Virus record (IMG/VR): IMGVR_UViG_2734482545_000011
Strand: one strand, 5' to 3'
DNA length: 40,605 bases
Source of the DNA: a virus
Lineage: Duplodnaviria; Heunggongvirae; Uroviricota; Caudoviricetes
A program made the translations under genes and the position numbers. Every line of letters starts with the position of its first letter. The first letter of the stretch is position 1. The notes under the pieces are model-generated. The model did not search any database. It saw nothing but the letters and a program-made list of their open reading frames with translations, and was not told the DNA's origin. This document shows, piece after piece, positions 26,670-35,219 of the stretch.

Positions 26670-27671
26670 TTAGTAATCTGCGTGTTTCGCACTTTTCAGA
26701 AATGCTTTCATATTTTCATTAGGTCGCTCAATTTCGAAGTTACTTCCATATAACTCTTGTAATTTTGGCCATAACTTACTTAATAACCCTCTCCTGCGAT
26801 AAAATGGATGTATCCAAACGGTAGATAGGTACGGAGAATTTGCATTTGAATTGTTTATTGTGACCAGCCCAACTAAACATTGTCGATAACCACTATTATC
26901 CATTGATTGTATTTCTTCGACGAATGGATACGCGATTACATCAGTCCAACCATGATCGGTTGTATCCCATTGCATTCCGTCATGACATTCCTTCGACTGA
27001 TAGCGGCGTAAAGCTACACACGCGAGCTTTTGCCAATCTGGAGAATTAATTGTGATCTCTTCATCGTATGACGCGCCTATTGGAGCGGGTATTGGTCTGA
27101 TTAATCCAGCATGGCATTCATCATAGAACTTCATGTTTCCCTCAGAAACGTTGTGTACGTTGGGTTGCTCCATGTGTGCGCCATTCAAAAATAGCTCTGA
27201 TAGTAGTGTATCTACACTGTAATCTTTATTGATTATTGTCGGCTTAGAGTTTTTCTTATTAAGGCCGCGAGTAACGATTTTTTGATCAATGTTAACAACA
27301 TGGAATAATCCGTCGGGGAGGCTAGCGAACCACGATGGGGCATCGGACCAGAATAGCATGCCTTTTGTACTTCTTAAGAGTTTAATTAAGTTAATACAAG
27401 CTTCTTCACTAGTCTTGCCGTTGATGCGAAGTATGTTAGGACTAAAGTAATATTCATCCATATCAGGGAATGCAGCTTCGCAAAACTCCTGTACATAATT
27501 TAGCACCTGGATTCTACAGAGATCATCATAGCTGGTAATAACTAAGGGGGTATCTTCATTACTATTATGATTATCAATAATGCAATCTATAGCGAGACTT
27601 ACTGCTTTGCGTATCACTTCAGTTGAATCTAACGACTCTAAAAATTTTGTCTTTCGTGTGCGAATATCCAT
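26670..27671 (-). CDS. hypothetical protein, gene B of the AT-rich two-gene operon
   Basis: 333-aa ORF starting 15 nt after the gene A stop (AGGT RBS); AT-rich codon usage; no family recognised by eye. C-terminal ...VWIHPFYRRRGLLSKLW... only weakly recalls a GNAT motif A. Confidence 0.7.
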   Translation of the reverse strand: MDIRTRKTKFLESLDSTEVIRKAVSLAIDCIIDNHNSNEDTPLVITSYDDLCRIQVLNYVQEFCEAAFPDMDEYYFSPNILRINGKTSEEACINLIKLLRSTKGMLFWSDAPSWFASLPDGLFHVVNIDQKIVTRGLNKKNSKPTIINKDYSVDTLLSELFLNGAHMEQPNVHNVSEGNMKFYDECHAGLIRPIPAPIGASYDEEITINSPDWQKLACVALRRYQSKECHDGMQWDTTDHGWTDVIAYPFVEEIQSMDNSGYRQCLVGLVTINNSNANSPYLSTVWIHPFYRRRGLLSKLWPKLQELYGSNFEIERPNENMKAFLKSAKHADY

Positions 27672-27686
27672 GTATGACCTGCGCTA

Positions 27687-28709
27687 TTAAAATTCATGAA
27701 TGAACGGTTTGTCATCTGGTTGCAAAATGGTGGTTTTATTCGTTGCTACATTTAAACTGTTGTAGAGCATAATTGCCAGGTTCGATGCATTTTCAATCAG
27801 CGTTTCAAGATCCTGGTCTGTAATCACTACGAGGTTCCCTTCTTTATCCTTTCCACCACGATGCACTAAGTGATTTCGATTGAGGGTTGCCAATTCAATA
27901 GCTTCTATCGGACAGTCTTTTTGTACTTTTATATCGAATGTAGCTTCATAGCGGTCGATTACCTTTTTAGTGCTATGCCAGCTTGCACTGATCAAGTGTT
28001 CCTTGATTGACCTGATTAGCTCTCCCCTAATTTTCTCGATGGGTTCACCCTTGAAAGGCAACGCAGCAATATCTTTGCTTACTTTAAATTCAGTCTTACC
28101 TTTTTCTATACAATTGGCTATGTAGACATCATCTTTCTCTATAGAATTAATGAATAGCTCAACATAAAGCGTTTCCAAAGCTGTAATAACATTCGTGTAG
28201 AGCAAACTAAGCAAGTGGTTTTTTTGCTGTTGTTCAGTTTTATCTTTTGCAAGTTTTTTTATTTTATCGATATTATCAATGAATTTTAAATACGGATTAC
28301 CGGAAGACGTTACAGCGTCGTAGATATCATCATCGTACCAATCATCTATATTATTTGAGTTTCCAGACCAGTCAAAACATTGTGTTTGTAATTCATCTAC
28401 TAATTCCTCAATATACTCAGATTTAACATATTGACCGAAGATGGATTGTAGTTCTTCGCTCGCATCATACGGCCCGCCATATATGTAAGCATAGCCACCT
28501 TCTCTACTTTCATACGGACAAGCATTTGCCGGATCTTCAAAGTTTTCAAAGAACCAGTTTTTCATTACTTCGAGTTGATCTTTTTTGCTTATGTATTTTA
28601 AAGATTTTAGTGGAACTTTCTTTCCATTAACCTCGAAAACAATTTTCACGATGTAACGCTCCCTTGTATCAATTGCGCAACTATTATACCACAGCGAAAT
28701 ACAGGGCAT
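27687..28709 (-). CDS. hypothetical protein, gene A of the AT-rich two-gene operon (C-terminal HEPN-like R-N-x-x-x-H motif)
   Basis: Track ORF 27687-28778; start placed at the ATG with a perfect TAAGGAGG 6 nt upstream (MPCISLWYNSCAIDTRERYIVKIVFEVNGKK...), 340 aa; C-terminal segment EAIELATLNRNHLVHRGG contains R-N-H-L-V-H (Rx4H). Confidence 0.7.
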   Translation of the reverse strand: MPCISLWYNSCAIDTRERYIVKIVFEVNGKKVPLKSLKYISKKDQLEVMKNWFFENFEDPANACPYESREGGYAYIYGGPYDASEELQSIFGQYVKSEYIEELVDELQTQCFDWSGNSNNIDDWYDDDIYDAVTSSGNPYLKFIDNIDKIKKLAKDKTEQQQKNHLLSLLYTNVITALETLYVELFINSIEKDDVYIANCIEKGKTEFKVSKDIAALPFKGEPIEKIRGELIRSIKEHLISASWHSTKKVIDRYEATFDIKVQKDCPIEAIELATLNRNHLVHRGGKDKEGNLVVITDQDLETLIENASNLAIMLYNSLNVATNKTTILQPDDKPFIHEF

Positions 28710-28747
28710 AACCTGCCTCCTTAAACTAACATACCATGAGCCAGCAA

Positions 28748-28773
28748 TGTCCGCTATTGGCACAAAGCGGACA
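28748..28773 (-). promoter_or_regulatory. 8-bp inverted repeat upstream of gene A (possible operator)
   Basis: TGTCCGCT - 10 bp - AGCGGACA, about 40 bp upstream of the gene A start codon; no U-run follows, so not a terminator. Confidence 0.3.
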
Positions 28774-28847
28774 ACCACGCTAGCTCTCCCCTGTGCCAGA
28801 AAAATGTCAATTTACATATGAACTAATGCTCTTTGATCTAGTAACGT

Positions 28848-29279
28848 CTATAAATACCGAAGATTTCCTTGATAAAATGCCAGTACACGTTTCATAACTT
28901 CACTCTTCCGGCACTCGCGACAGATTATGTTCTGACGCCTGTCATAGCGGCGTATTTCTCCGTCTGGTAATGACCAGATAAGGTCAGGATCAACCACAAC
29001 CGTTTTTTTCACCTTTGCCCTGGATAGTTTTTTGCGGGCGTTTTTCCAATCCTTACGAGCCTGTTCAGACGGGAATAACCCATAGCCAGAGTTGTATACA
29101 TCGCCACTGGCAACCAACTCTCTGGCAAGAATGCTCATCAGATATCTTGTCGCACCTGTCTTGGCCTCCAGTTGCCTTAACGTCTCGCGCCCACTCTGGC
29201 GTACCAACTCAACAACCTGCTCCTTAATTTTTTCACGCTCTTCCTGTGTAAAAACTTTTGCCATAAGCGCCTCCGGCAA
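28848..29279 (-). CDS. hypothetical phage protein
   Basis: 143-aa ORF (TTG start in the track; alternative internal start at MAKVFTQEER...); basic C-terminus with CRECRK; downstream of the YdaW-like gene. Confidence 0.55.
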   Translation of the reverse strand: MPEALMAKVFTQEEREKIKEQVVELVRQSGRETLRQLEAKTGATRYLMSILARELVASGDVYNSGYGLFPSEQARKDWKNARKKLSRAKVKKTVVVDPDLIWSLPDGEIRRYDRRQNIICRECRKSEVMKRVLAFYQGNLRYL

Positions 29280-30041
29280 TCACTTTTCCGACACAATACG
29301 ACTGGAGGAATCGACAATCTGTCGGACAATATCCCGGTGCTTGTTCAGCTCCCGCAGCGCGGCGCAGACTCGCTCCCACTTCTGGACATGATTTTTCGCC
29401 CGACGCAGTTCGCGGTTTGCCATATGCAGCGATGGTAAAACTAGGTCATCCGCTTGCGTTTCAGTAAACGATGGCAGCGACTGCACAATGTCCGCCACAG
29501 TTTCTGTTTTAATATCTTCCTGTGTTGCCGCTTCCTGTACTGGTAACGCAACACCGGCTGGCTGAGGAAAGGCTTTACCATCAGTTTCCGCTACCGATGC
29601 AGCTTTCGGCTCTGCTGGTAAATTATCGCCCGGCATGCAGTAACGAAATTTACTGTTCTGGTTTACGCGAATCAGGCGTCCTTTGCTGATTGCCATTGCC
29701 AGCGTTGAAGCAACTTTGCGGGATGTTGTACCGAACAGCGTAGCCAGTTCATCCGCCGTTTGTGGTCCGCGTTGTTCAATCGTCGCGGTTAAATCGCACT
29801 CTGAGATTTTCACTACAGTTGCCGTGGTGGTTTCTTCCGGCAGTTCTGCCTGCATTGGCTGTTCCTGCTGAACGTTGTTATCAGCCACACGCCAGGTGTA
29901 CGCGCTTTTATCAACGAAACCAGCTTTTTTCAGTTCCCATAGTTCGTTCAGCACTTCTTCACGACTGATATCAAGTCGCGCAGCAAGTTCTATGGATGTG
30001 GCTTTTCCCATTGCTTTCAGTGCGTCAAAAACAGTCTCCAT
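29280..30041 (-). CDS. YdaW-like protein (winged-helix N-terminus)
   Basis: Start placed at [43 protein letters not shown] with GGGAGG RBS; follows the DnaC-like gene as ydaW follows ydaV in Rac. Confidence 0.5.
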   Translation of the reverse strand: METVFDALKAMGKATSIELAARLDISREEVLNELWELKKAGFVDKSAYTWRVADNNVQQEQPMQAELPEETTTATVVKISECDLTATIEQRGPQTADELATLFGTTSRKVASTLAMAISKGRLIRVNQNSKFRYCMPGDNLPAEPKAASVAETDGKAFPQPAGVALPVQEAATQEDIKTETVADIVQSLPSFTETQADDLVLPSLHMANRELRRAKNHVQKWERVCAALRELNKHRDIVRQIVDSSSRIVSEK

Positions 30042-30063
30042 AAAAATTTCCTCCCGGTAAAAA

Positions 30064-30810
30064 TTACTTCTCAATTCCTGGCTGGACGACATTCGGACGC
30101 CAGCTCTCCCAGTTAAAATTCACCCATCGCCCGCCGTTCATGGTCATGCGATCCATAATCCGCTCGCCGAGCAATGTTTTCATGGCCTCATAGTTCAGGT
30201 TTGTCAGCATCCCCACGCTGCGCATCGACGCTGTCCGGCGATCAACAATCTGGTGCAGCACCACCTGCTCGTTTTTCGTCTCGCGCTGAATGCCAATTTC
30301 ATCAAGAACCAGCAGATCCACTTCGCATAGTTCCCGCAAAAATTTTTCGCCTGACTGCCCATCGTCATAGCTGGCGTGCAGGGCACTCATAACATCAGCC
30401 ACGGTAACCACAATCACTGTCTGACCGTCTTTCAGCAGGCGATTCCCGATAGCTGCCGCTAAGTGGTTCTTCCCGGTACCAGGTTTTCCGCTGAACGCAA
30501 AATTTGTACACCCGGTCATCAGTTCATCAGCGATGGATTTCGCCTGACTCAACGCGTATCGCTGCGCTTCGTTCTGCACCTGGTAATTCGAAAACGAGCA
30601 TTTGCGGTGCAATGGCTGGATGCCAGAGCGATTCAGAATTTTTTCCACCCGCAACTGACGATTCTGACGGTTGATCTCCTCACAACGTTTCTGGCCTTCG
30701 GAAAGTTGCCACTCGCGCCACTCCGCTACCGTCTTGAATGGCGCGGTTACATGTGACGGGGCCAGTCTGCGGATACGTTCAAGAACGTCGCCTGTCGCAA
30801 TATTTTTCAT
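30064..30810 (-). CDS. ydaV: DnaC-like replication protein (helicase loader) YdaV
   Basis: 248 aa; Walker [16 protein letters not shown] and Walker [10 protein letters not shown]; size matches Rac YdaV as I recall it. Confidence 0.8.
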   Translation of the reverse strand: MKNIATGDVLERIRRLAPSHVTAPFKTVAEWREWQLSEGQKRCEEINRQNRQLRVEKILNRSGIQPLHRKCSFSNYQVQNEAQRYALSQAKSIADELMTGCTNFAFSGKPGTGKNHLAAAIGNRLLKDGQTVIVVTVADVMSALHASYDDGQSGEKFLRELCEVDLLVLDEIGIQRETKNEQVVLHQIVDRRTASMRSVGMLTNLNYEAMKTLLGERIMDRMTMNGGRWVNFNWESWRPNVVQPGIEK

Positions 30811-30816
30811 GGTCAG

Positions 30817-31674
30817 TTACCCCCTGAAGCCTGGCGGGATCGCACTATCCGGTAACGAGACGGTGTTAACCTGTCGGAGTAACGTCTCAGGTCGAACACC
30901 TTTCGGCGCGAACAAGCCCTGGTATTCATTGGCGATGCTGTGTCGAATCACCTGCTCAGGTGAAAAACCCTGCTGGCGGAATTTTTCCAGCTCCCGTATC
31001 GCCCCGTTAGCGCCCTGCTCCGTTCGAATCGGTTTTCGCAATGCCTGGCGAAATTCAACCCACTCACGCCAAAGCGAGACAGAAATCCAGTTCGGCAAAG
31101 CAATATCCAGAGGGTCAAACTTTTTGACACCTCGATTCCCCCGGGGGGGATTTAGGGGGGGATCTGTTTTTAGATCTTTATCTGTATCTTTATTAGTTGC
31201 CTTTGTGTTGACATCATGTTCAAACACCACTTCAACATCTGTTTGAACACCTGTTAAATTTCTCTCTTGTTTTGTTTGAACATCTGCTTCCTTTCTGCTT
31301 CTTCTGGCCTGAACAGATGCTTTTCCTGCGGCTGATTTTTTGGTTAATTTTTCCCTGACTGATGCCAGATCTTCCTCAATCCGAAGATGCACCCATTCCT
31401 CGCCGTTATCGCAAAAAAACTCCTGCAAGGATGGTTCAACATCAGCCCATCGCTCGTTAGTCAGACGGGCAATTTTTGCCAGCCTGTTTTTAGGTATTGG
31501 CTTTCCTGTTTGCCAGTAATTGAACATCAGCAACAAATACGCACCATGCTCCTCTGCTGACAAATGCATGGTGTCAGCCAGGTAATCAGCTATGTACAGT
31601 TGCATGTATGGTAATGCGGCCATAATTGCCCCGTATGATGCTGCCCGGTGGCTTAGAATAAGCACAAACAGCAT
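30817..31674 (-). CDS. ydaU: replication initiation-like protein YdaU
   Basis: 285-aa ORF upstream of the DnaC-like gene, the position of lambda O / Rac YdaU; size matches my recollection of YdaU. Confidence 0.65.
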   Translation of the reverse strand: MLFVLILSHRAASYGAIMAALPYMQLYIADYLADTMHLSAEEHGAYLLLMFNYWQTGKPIPKNRLAKIARLTNERWADVEPSLQEFFCDNGEEWVHLRIEEDLASVREKLTKKSAAGKASVQARRSRKEADVQTKQERNLTGVQTDVEVVFEHDVNTKATNKDTDKDLKTDPPLNPPRGNRGVKKFDPLDIALPNWISVSLWREWVEFRQALRKPIRTEQGANGAIRELEKFRQQGFSPEQVIRHSIANEYQGLFAPKGVRPETLLRQVNTVSLPDSAIPPGFRG

Positions 31675-31686
31675 GGAAACTTTTGC

Positions 31687-32109
31687 TTAATGAACAATGA
31701 CAGAATCGTCGGAAGACCCGCCGCCGCTGAAATGCGCTTTCCGGTAAACGGCTTGGACTGCATCATCATGCGCATCAATTGCCGTACTTAACGCTTCCTG
31801 CGCCGCCAGTAATGCACGGCGTTCCAGGGTATCGAAGATGCAGAGTCGGTGACGCAGCTCGCGCGGAAGGATTGCCAGAATTGCTGGGATCAGCTTCTGA
31901 ATTTTTTCTCTTTGCGTTTTCGTTTCACCTTTCAACCAACGGTGATAGATATTCTGCTGATTATTCCAGTCCTTGCCTGGTACCAGGGGCAATTCGCCGC
32001 CCCCCTGGCGCAGATATTCTTCAGTAATGGCATTGGCTACCCATGCCTGCCCTTTTTCGGCTGCCAGGGCTAACAACACTGACTCGATGTGCTCATGCTT
32101 GATTTTCAT
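31687..32109 (-). CDS. ydaT: YdaT (CII-like regulator / reported toxin)
   Basis: 140-aa ORF immediately downstream of the Cro-like ydaS; size and position match Rac YdaT. Confidence 0.7.
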   Translation of the reverse strand: MKIKHEHIESVLLALAAEKGQAWVANAITEEYLRQGGGELPLVPGKDWNNQQNIYHRWLKGETKTQREKIQKLIPAILAILPRELRHRLCIFDTLERRALLAAQEALSTAIDAHDDAVQAVYRKAHFSGGGSSDDSVIVH

Positions 32110-32360
32110 GAATCAACTCCCATCAGCTTTTTCGTAGTAGTTTTATTTCTGCCAATAGTTAAAATTACATCAGCAGAAAATAATCCGTTTGATGCATGAG
32201 CGATTTTTTCAGCGTAATTTGTTTCGCCGGTATATTCTGTGCGAGGCAATTTTCCGTTATCCATCCATTTGTAGATTGCTCTTTGGCTGACACCACAAAC
32301 GTCGGCCACAACAGAAACGCGAACAGTTTTGATTACATCTTCAAGTGTTTTCTGGTTCAT
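32106..32360 (-). CDS. ydaS: Cro-like HTH regulator YdaS
   Basis: Start placed at MNQKTLEDVIKTVRVSVVADVCGVSQRAIYKWMDNG (HTH) with GAGGG RBS; divergent from racR. Confidence 0.65.
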   Translation of the reverse strand: MNQKTLEDVIKTVRVSVVADVCGVSQRAIYKWMDNGKLPRTEYTGETNYAEKIAHASNGLFSADVILTIGRNKTTTKKLMGVDS

Positions 32361-32439
32361 ATCACCCTCACAATGTGAACTTTGAGTACATGCTATAACA
32401 GAACTGACAGTACATTCAAGAGTGAATATCATTGAACTT
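32361..32439. promoter_or_regulatory. racR-ydaS divergent promoter/operator region
   Basis: 79-bp intergenic region with the near-palindrome TCACAATGTGA (32368-32378) and two direct AGTACAT repeats (32385-32391, 32409-32415). Confidence 0.45.
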
Positions 32440-32859
32440 ATGGTTCATGAAGATAAAGCGCGTAAAGAGTTCGCCAGTAGGCTTGCGCTAGCCTGTGAAA
32501 ACGCTGGTTATGAACAACATGGAAGGCAGGCAGAAATTGCCCGTCGAATGAAATTAACACCAAAAGCGGTTAGCAAATGGTTTAATGGCGAAACAATTCC
32601 TCGCCGAGAGAAATTAAGGGAATTAGCAACACTCATTGGAACAACACCAACCTATCTTTTGGGAGAGGATACAGAAGAAAGTGGACAGGTACGTTTCTAT
32701 CAGGAGTTAAATCCAAGACAAAAAATCATCATTGACCTTCTGGACGAGCTCCCTGACAGTGAGACAGATGAACTTTTAAAAACTCTTGAGGAGAAAAAAC
32801 AGAAGTACAATGCAATTTACGAAGAGCTAGCACGAAAGAAAAAACAAAAAGCCTCTTAA
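32440..32859 (+). CDS. racR: prophage repressor RacR (CI-like)
   Basis: HTH segment GRQAEIARRMKLTPKAVSKWFNGETIP; divergent from the Cro-like gene; acidic and basic C-terminal tail. Confidence 0.75.
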   Translation: MVHEDKARKEFASRLALACENAGYEQHGRQAEIARRMKLTPKAVSKWFNGETIPRREKLRELATLIGTTPTYLLGEDTEESGQVRFYQELNPRQKIIIDLLDELPDSETDELLKTLEEKKQKYNAIYEELARKKKQKAS

Positions 32860-32929
32860 ACCAGCATAAATCCGGTAGCGTCCCCCTCCGGGTTTGTGCT
32901 TCACTTTATCCCATCTCATTTTTTTACAC

Positions 32930-32982
32930 ACAAAATGTACTTATAGTACTTTACATCAATGAACACAAAGTACATTATATAC
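32930..32982 (+). promoter_or_regulatory. operator-like repeats downstream of racR (OL-like region)
   Basis: ATGTACT-TAT-AGTACT inverted repeat (32935-32950) and a further AGTACAT (32969-32975) beside TATATA; the same heptamer as in the racR-ydaS region. Confidence 0.35.
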
Positions 32983-33149
32983 CTACCAACCCACCCCGCC
33001 CCACAGAACGCAGGGCAATACTTCGAGTTACCAGGCAGTGGTCAGGGGTTAAGTAGCCAGCCCGAGGCGTATGAACATGACGGCAGGGTTCAGATTTTGC
33101 AGTGCAGCAGGTTTCAGTTCCGCCACCCGGCGTTAAGGGGAGAGATAAG

Positions 33150-33284
33150 ATGGTGCATTACGAAGTAGTTCAGTATTTGATGGATTGTTGCGGTATCACT
33201 TACAACCAGGCTGTGCAGGCTTTACGCAGCAACGACTGGGATCTCTGGCAGGCAGAAGTCGCTATACACAGCAACAAGATGTGA
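33150..33284 (+). CDS. ydaG: YdaG-like small protein
   Basis: 44 aa MVHYEVVQYLMDCCGITYNQAVQALRSNDWDLWQAEVAIHSNKM with AAGGGGAGAG RBS. Confidence 0.55.
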   Translation: MVHYEVVQYLMDCCGITYNQAVQALRSNDWDLWQAEVAIHSNKM

Positions 33285-33294
33285 GATTCGCAAA

Positions 33295-33450
33295 ATGCAA
33301 AAAATCGACCTCGGCAACAACGAATCCCTGGTGTGCGGCGTGTTCCCCAACCAGGATGGAACGTTCACTGCCATGACGTATACCAAAAGCAAAACATTTA
33401 AAACCGAAACTGGTGCGCGCCGATGGTTGGAGAAGCACACAGTAAGCTAA
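33295..33450 (+). CDS. ydaF: YdaF-like small protein
   Basis: 51 aa MQKIDLGNNESLVCGVFPNQDGTFTAMTYTKSKTFKTETGARRWLEKHTVS; stop overlaps the sieB stop on the opposite strand. Confidence 0.55.
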   Translation: MQKIDLGNNESLVCGVFPNQDGTFTAMTYTKSKTFKTETGARRWLEKHTVS

Positions 33451-33935
33451 CGATTAAAACGTCTACTCCTGCTGTTCCAGAATAACTTCATAAAATGGGA
33501 GTATTTTTCGGTGACGAGATAATAAGAACAGTTTGCGCTATCACTCTGATGTTGAATGATGCCCTTCCGTTCTAATTTTTTCATAACCGGGTTACGGCAA
33601 GGAGAAGTGATAATAAGATTTCCTGTTTTAAGGAAATCTTTAAATACAGCGATTTCTTTCTCAGATAAACGAAGCAATACTCGTTGCTCTGGTAGTAATG
33701 AATAATGCTTTTGAATATGTGCTCGCAATCTTGAGAAGGAAATGGCGACCACGAAAGAAAAGGCAAAAACGATAATCTGAAAGAGCCAAGGTATTTCAGT
33801 ATAAGCATTGAATGCGACAGTAAACTCTTTCGGTATCAGCCAGAGAGTGAGACCAAAAATGATAATCGTATACATAAGTATTTCGAGTGGCTCGTTAGCA
33901 AAAAGTTTCAACAATGGAGTAAATACATCCAACAT
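33447..33935 (-). CDS. sieB: superinfection exclusion protein SieB
   Basis: 162 aa from the internal ATG: MLDVFTPLLKLFANEPLEILMYTIIIFGLTLWLIPKEF... with two TM segments; recognised as Rac SieB. Confidence 0.85.
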   Translation of the reverse strand: MLDVFTPLLKLFANEPLEILMYTIIIFGLTLWLIPKEFTVAFNAYTEIPWLFQIIVFAFSFVVAISFSRLRAHIQKHYSLLPEQRVLLRLSEKEIAVFKDFLKTGNLIITSPCRNPVMKKLERKGIIQHQSDSANCSYYLVTEKYSHFMKLFWNSRSRRFNR

Positions 33936-34376
33936 ATCAATAACTCTCAACTGTAAGGGTATTGAAATGTTAACACAAGCTCTCGCTGTAGGGGTATAGC
34001 CGAGACCACCGAAGCCCGGAGGTGGTGAAATAAAACCGGGCACAACACGAAGGCGCATTTCCGATATCCATAAAGAGTCGGTCTTGTCTGTTAAATTTAA
34101 ATGGTGGGAGTGCGCCTCCGGTTGTAAATAACGACATTGCTGTGTGTAGTCCTGGCGGCATCAGTTTTTTTCTTGAAGTTCGGCTGATGTCCGCCCTTTT
34201 TAAAGTGAATTTTGTGATGCGGTGAATGCGGCTAAGCGCACGTGGCACAGTTAAAAGTCATGTTAGTCCTTATTGGTTTGGGTGGGAAAGCCGACTGTAA
34301 TTGTTAACTGGTTGCAGTCACCTGGAGGCACCAGGCACCGCATCAACAAAGTTCATTTGTAAAAATGGAGATAATT

Positions 34377-34598
34377 ATGATTGCACATCACTTCGGAACT
34401 GATGAAATACCACGTCAGTGTGTGACTCCTGGCGATTATGTTCTTCATGAAGGCCGGACATATATTGCCTCGGCAAACAATATTAAAAAGCGAAAACTAT
34501 ATATTCGTAACCTGACCACAAAAACATGCATTACTGACCGCATGATTAAAGTCTTCCTCGGTCGTGATGGTTTACCTGTAAAGGCGGAGTCATGGTGA
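34377..34598 (+). CDS. kilR: FtsZ-inhibiting killing protein KilR
   Basis: 73 aa [73 protein letters not shown]. Confidence 0.85.
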   Translation: MIAHHFGTDEIPRQCVTPGDYVLHEGRTYIASANNIKKRKLYIRNLTTKTCITDRMIKVFLGRDGLPVKAESW

Positions 34599-34768
34599 TG
34601 ACTAAGAAAATAAAATGTGCTTACCACCTTTGCAAAAAAGACGTTGAAGAAAGCAAAGCTATTGAAAGAATGCTTCACTTCATGCACGGGATTTTATCAA
34701 AAGACGAACCGAGAAAATATTGCAGTGAAGCTTGTGCCGAAAAAGACCAGATGGCACATGAACTTTAA
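34598..34768 (+). CDS. ydaE: zinc-ribbon small protein YdaE
   Basis: 56 aa [56 protein letters not shown]; start overlaps the kilR stop (TGATG). Confidence 0.7.
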   Translation: MTKKIKCAYHLCKKDVEESKAIERMLHFMHGILSKDEPRKYCSEACAEKDQMAHEL

Positions 34769-34842
34769 TTAATTGACTATTCGAAACTGAATTTATGCCA
34801 GAAATGGCAGGTATTCGCTCAACCTTAATTAAGGAGAAAAAC

Positions 34843-35118
34843 ATGATTACCAATTATGAAGCCACTGTTGTAACTACCGATGACATTGTTCACGAGGTGA
34901 ATCTGGAAGGAAAGCGCATTGGCTACGTAATTAAAACAGAAAATAAAGAAACCCCATTCACTGTGGTTGATATCGATGGTCCATCAGGCAACGTAAAAAC
35001 ACTTGATGAAGGTGTCAAAAAAATGTGCCTGGTGCATATCGGAAAGAATCTGCCCGCAGAAAAAAAAGCCGAATTTCTGGCAACTCTAATTGCAATGAAA
35101 TTAAAAGGTGAAATCTGA
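34843..35118 (+). CDS. racC: RacC
   Basis: 91 aa MITNYEATVVTTDDIVHEVNLEGKRIGYVIKTENKETPFTVVDIDGPSGN... with AAGGAG RBS. Confidence 0.8.
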   Translation: MITNYEATVVTTDDIVHEVNLEGKRIGYVIKTENKETPFTVVDIDGPSGNVKTLDEGVKKMCLVHIGKNLPAEKKAEFLATLIAMKLKGEI

Positions 35119-35219
35119 AAGAAATAGCCTGCGTATGGCGCAGGCTATGAACAGTGTGTATCCGGCAAGATCATTCACTGAACAAAACGAATTTTAATCT
35201 GAGTTGAGGTTAAAAAACA

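Noticed and set aside
26670-27671. GNAT acetyltransferase domain at the C-terminus of gene B
   Set aside because: Only a loose resemblance to motif A (YRRRGLLSKL lacks the second Gly/Ala of R-x-x-G-x-G/A); not enough to annotate. Kept as a hypothesis to test by profile search.
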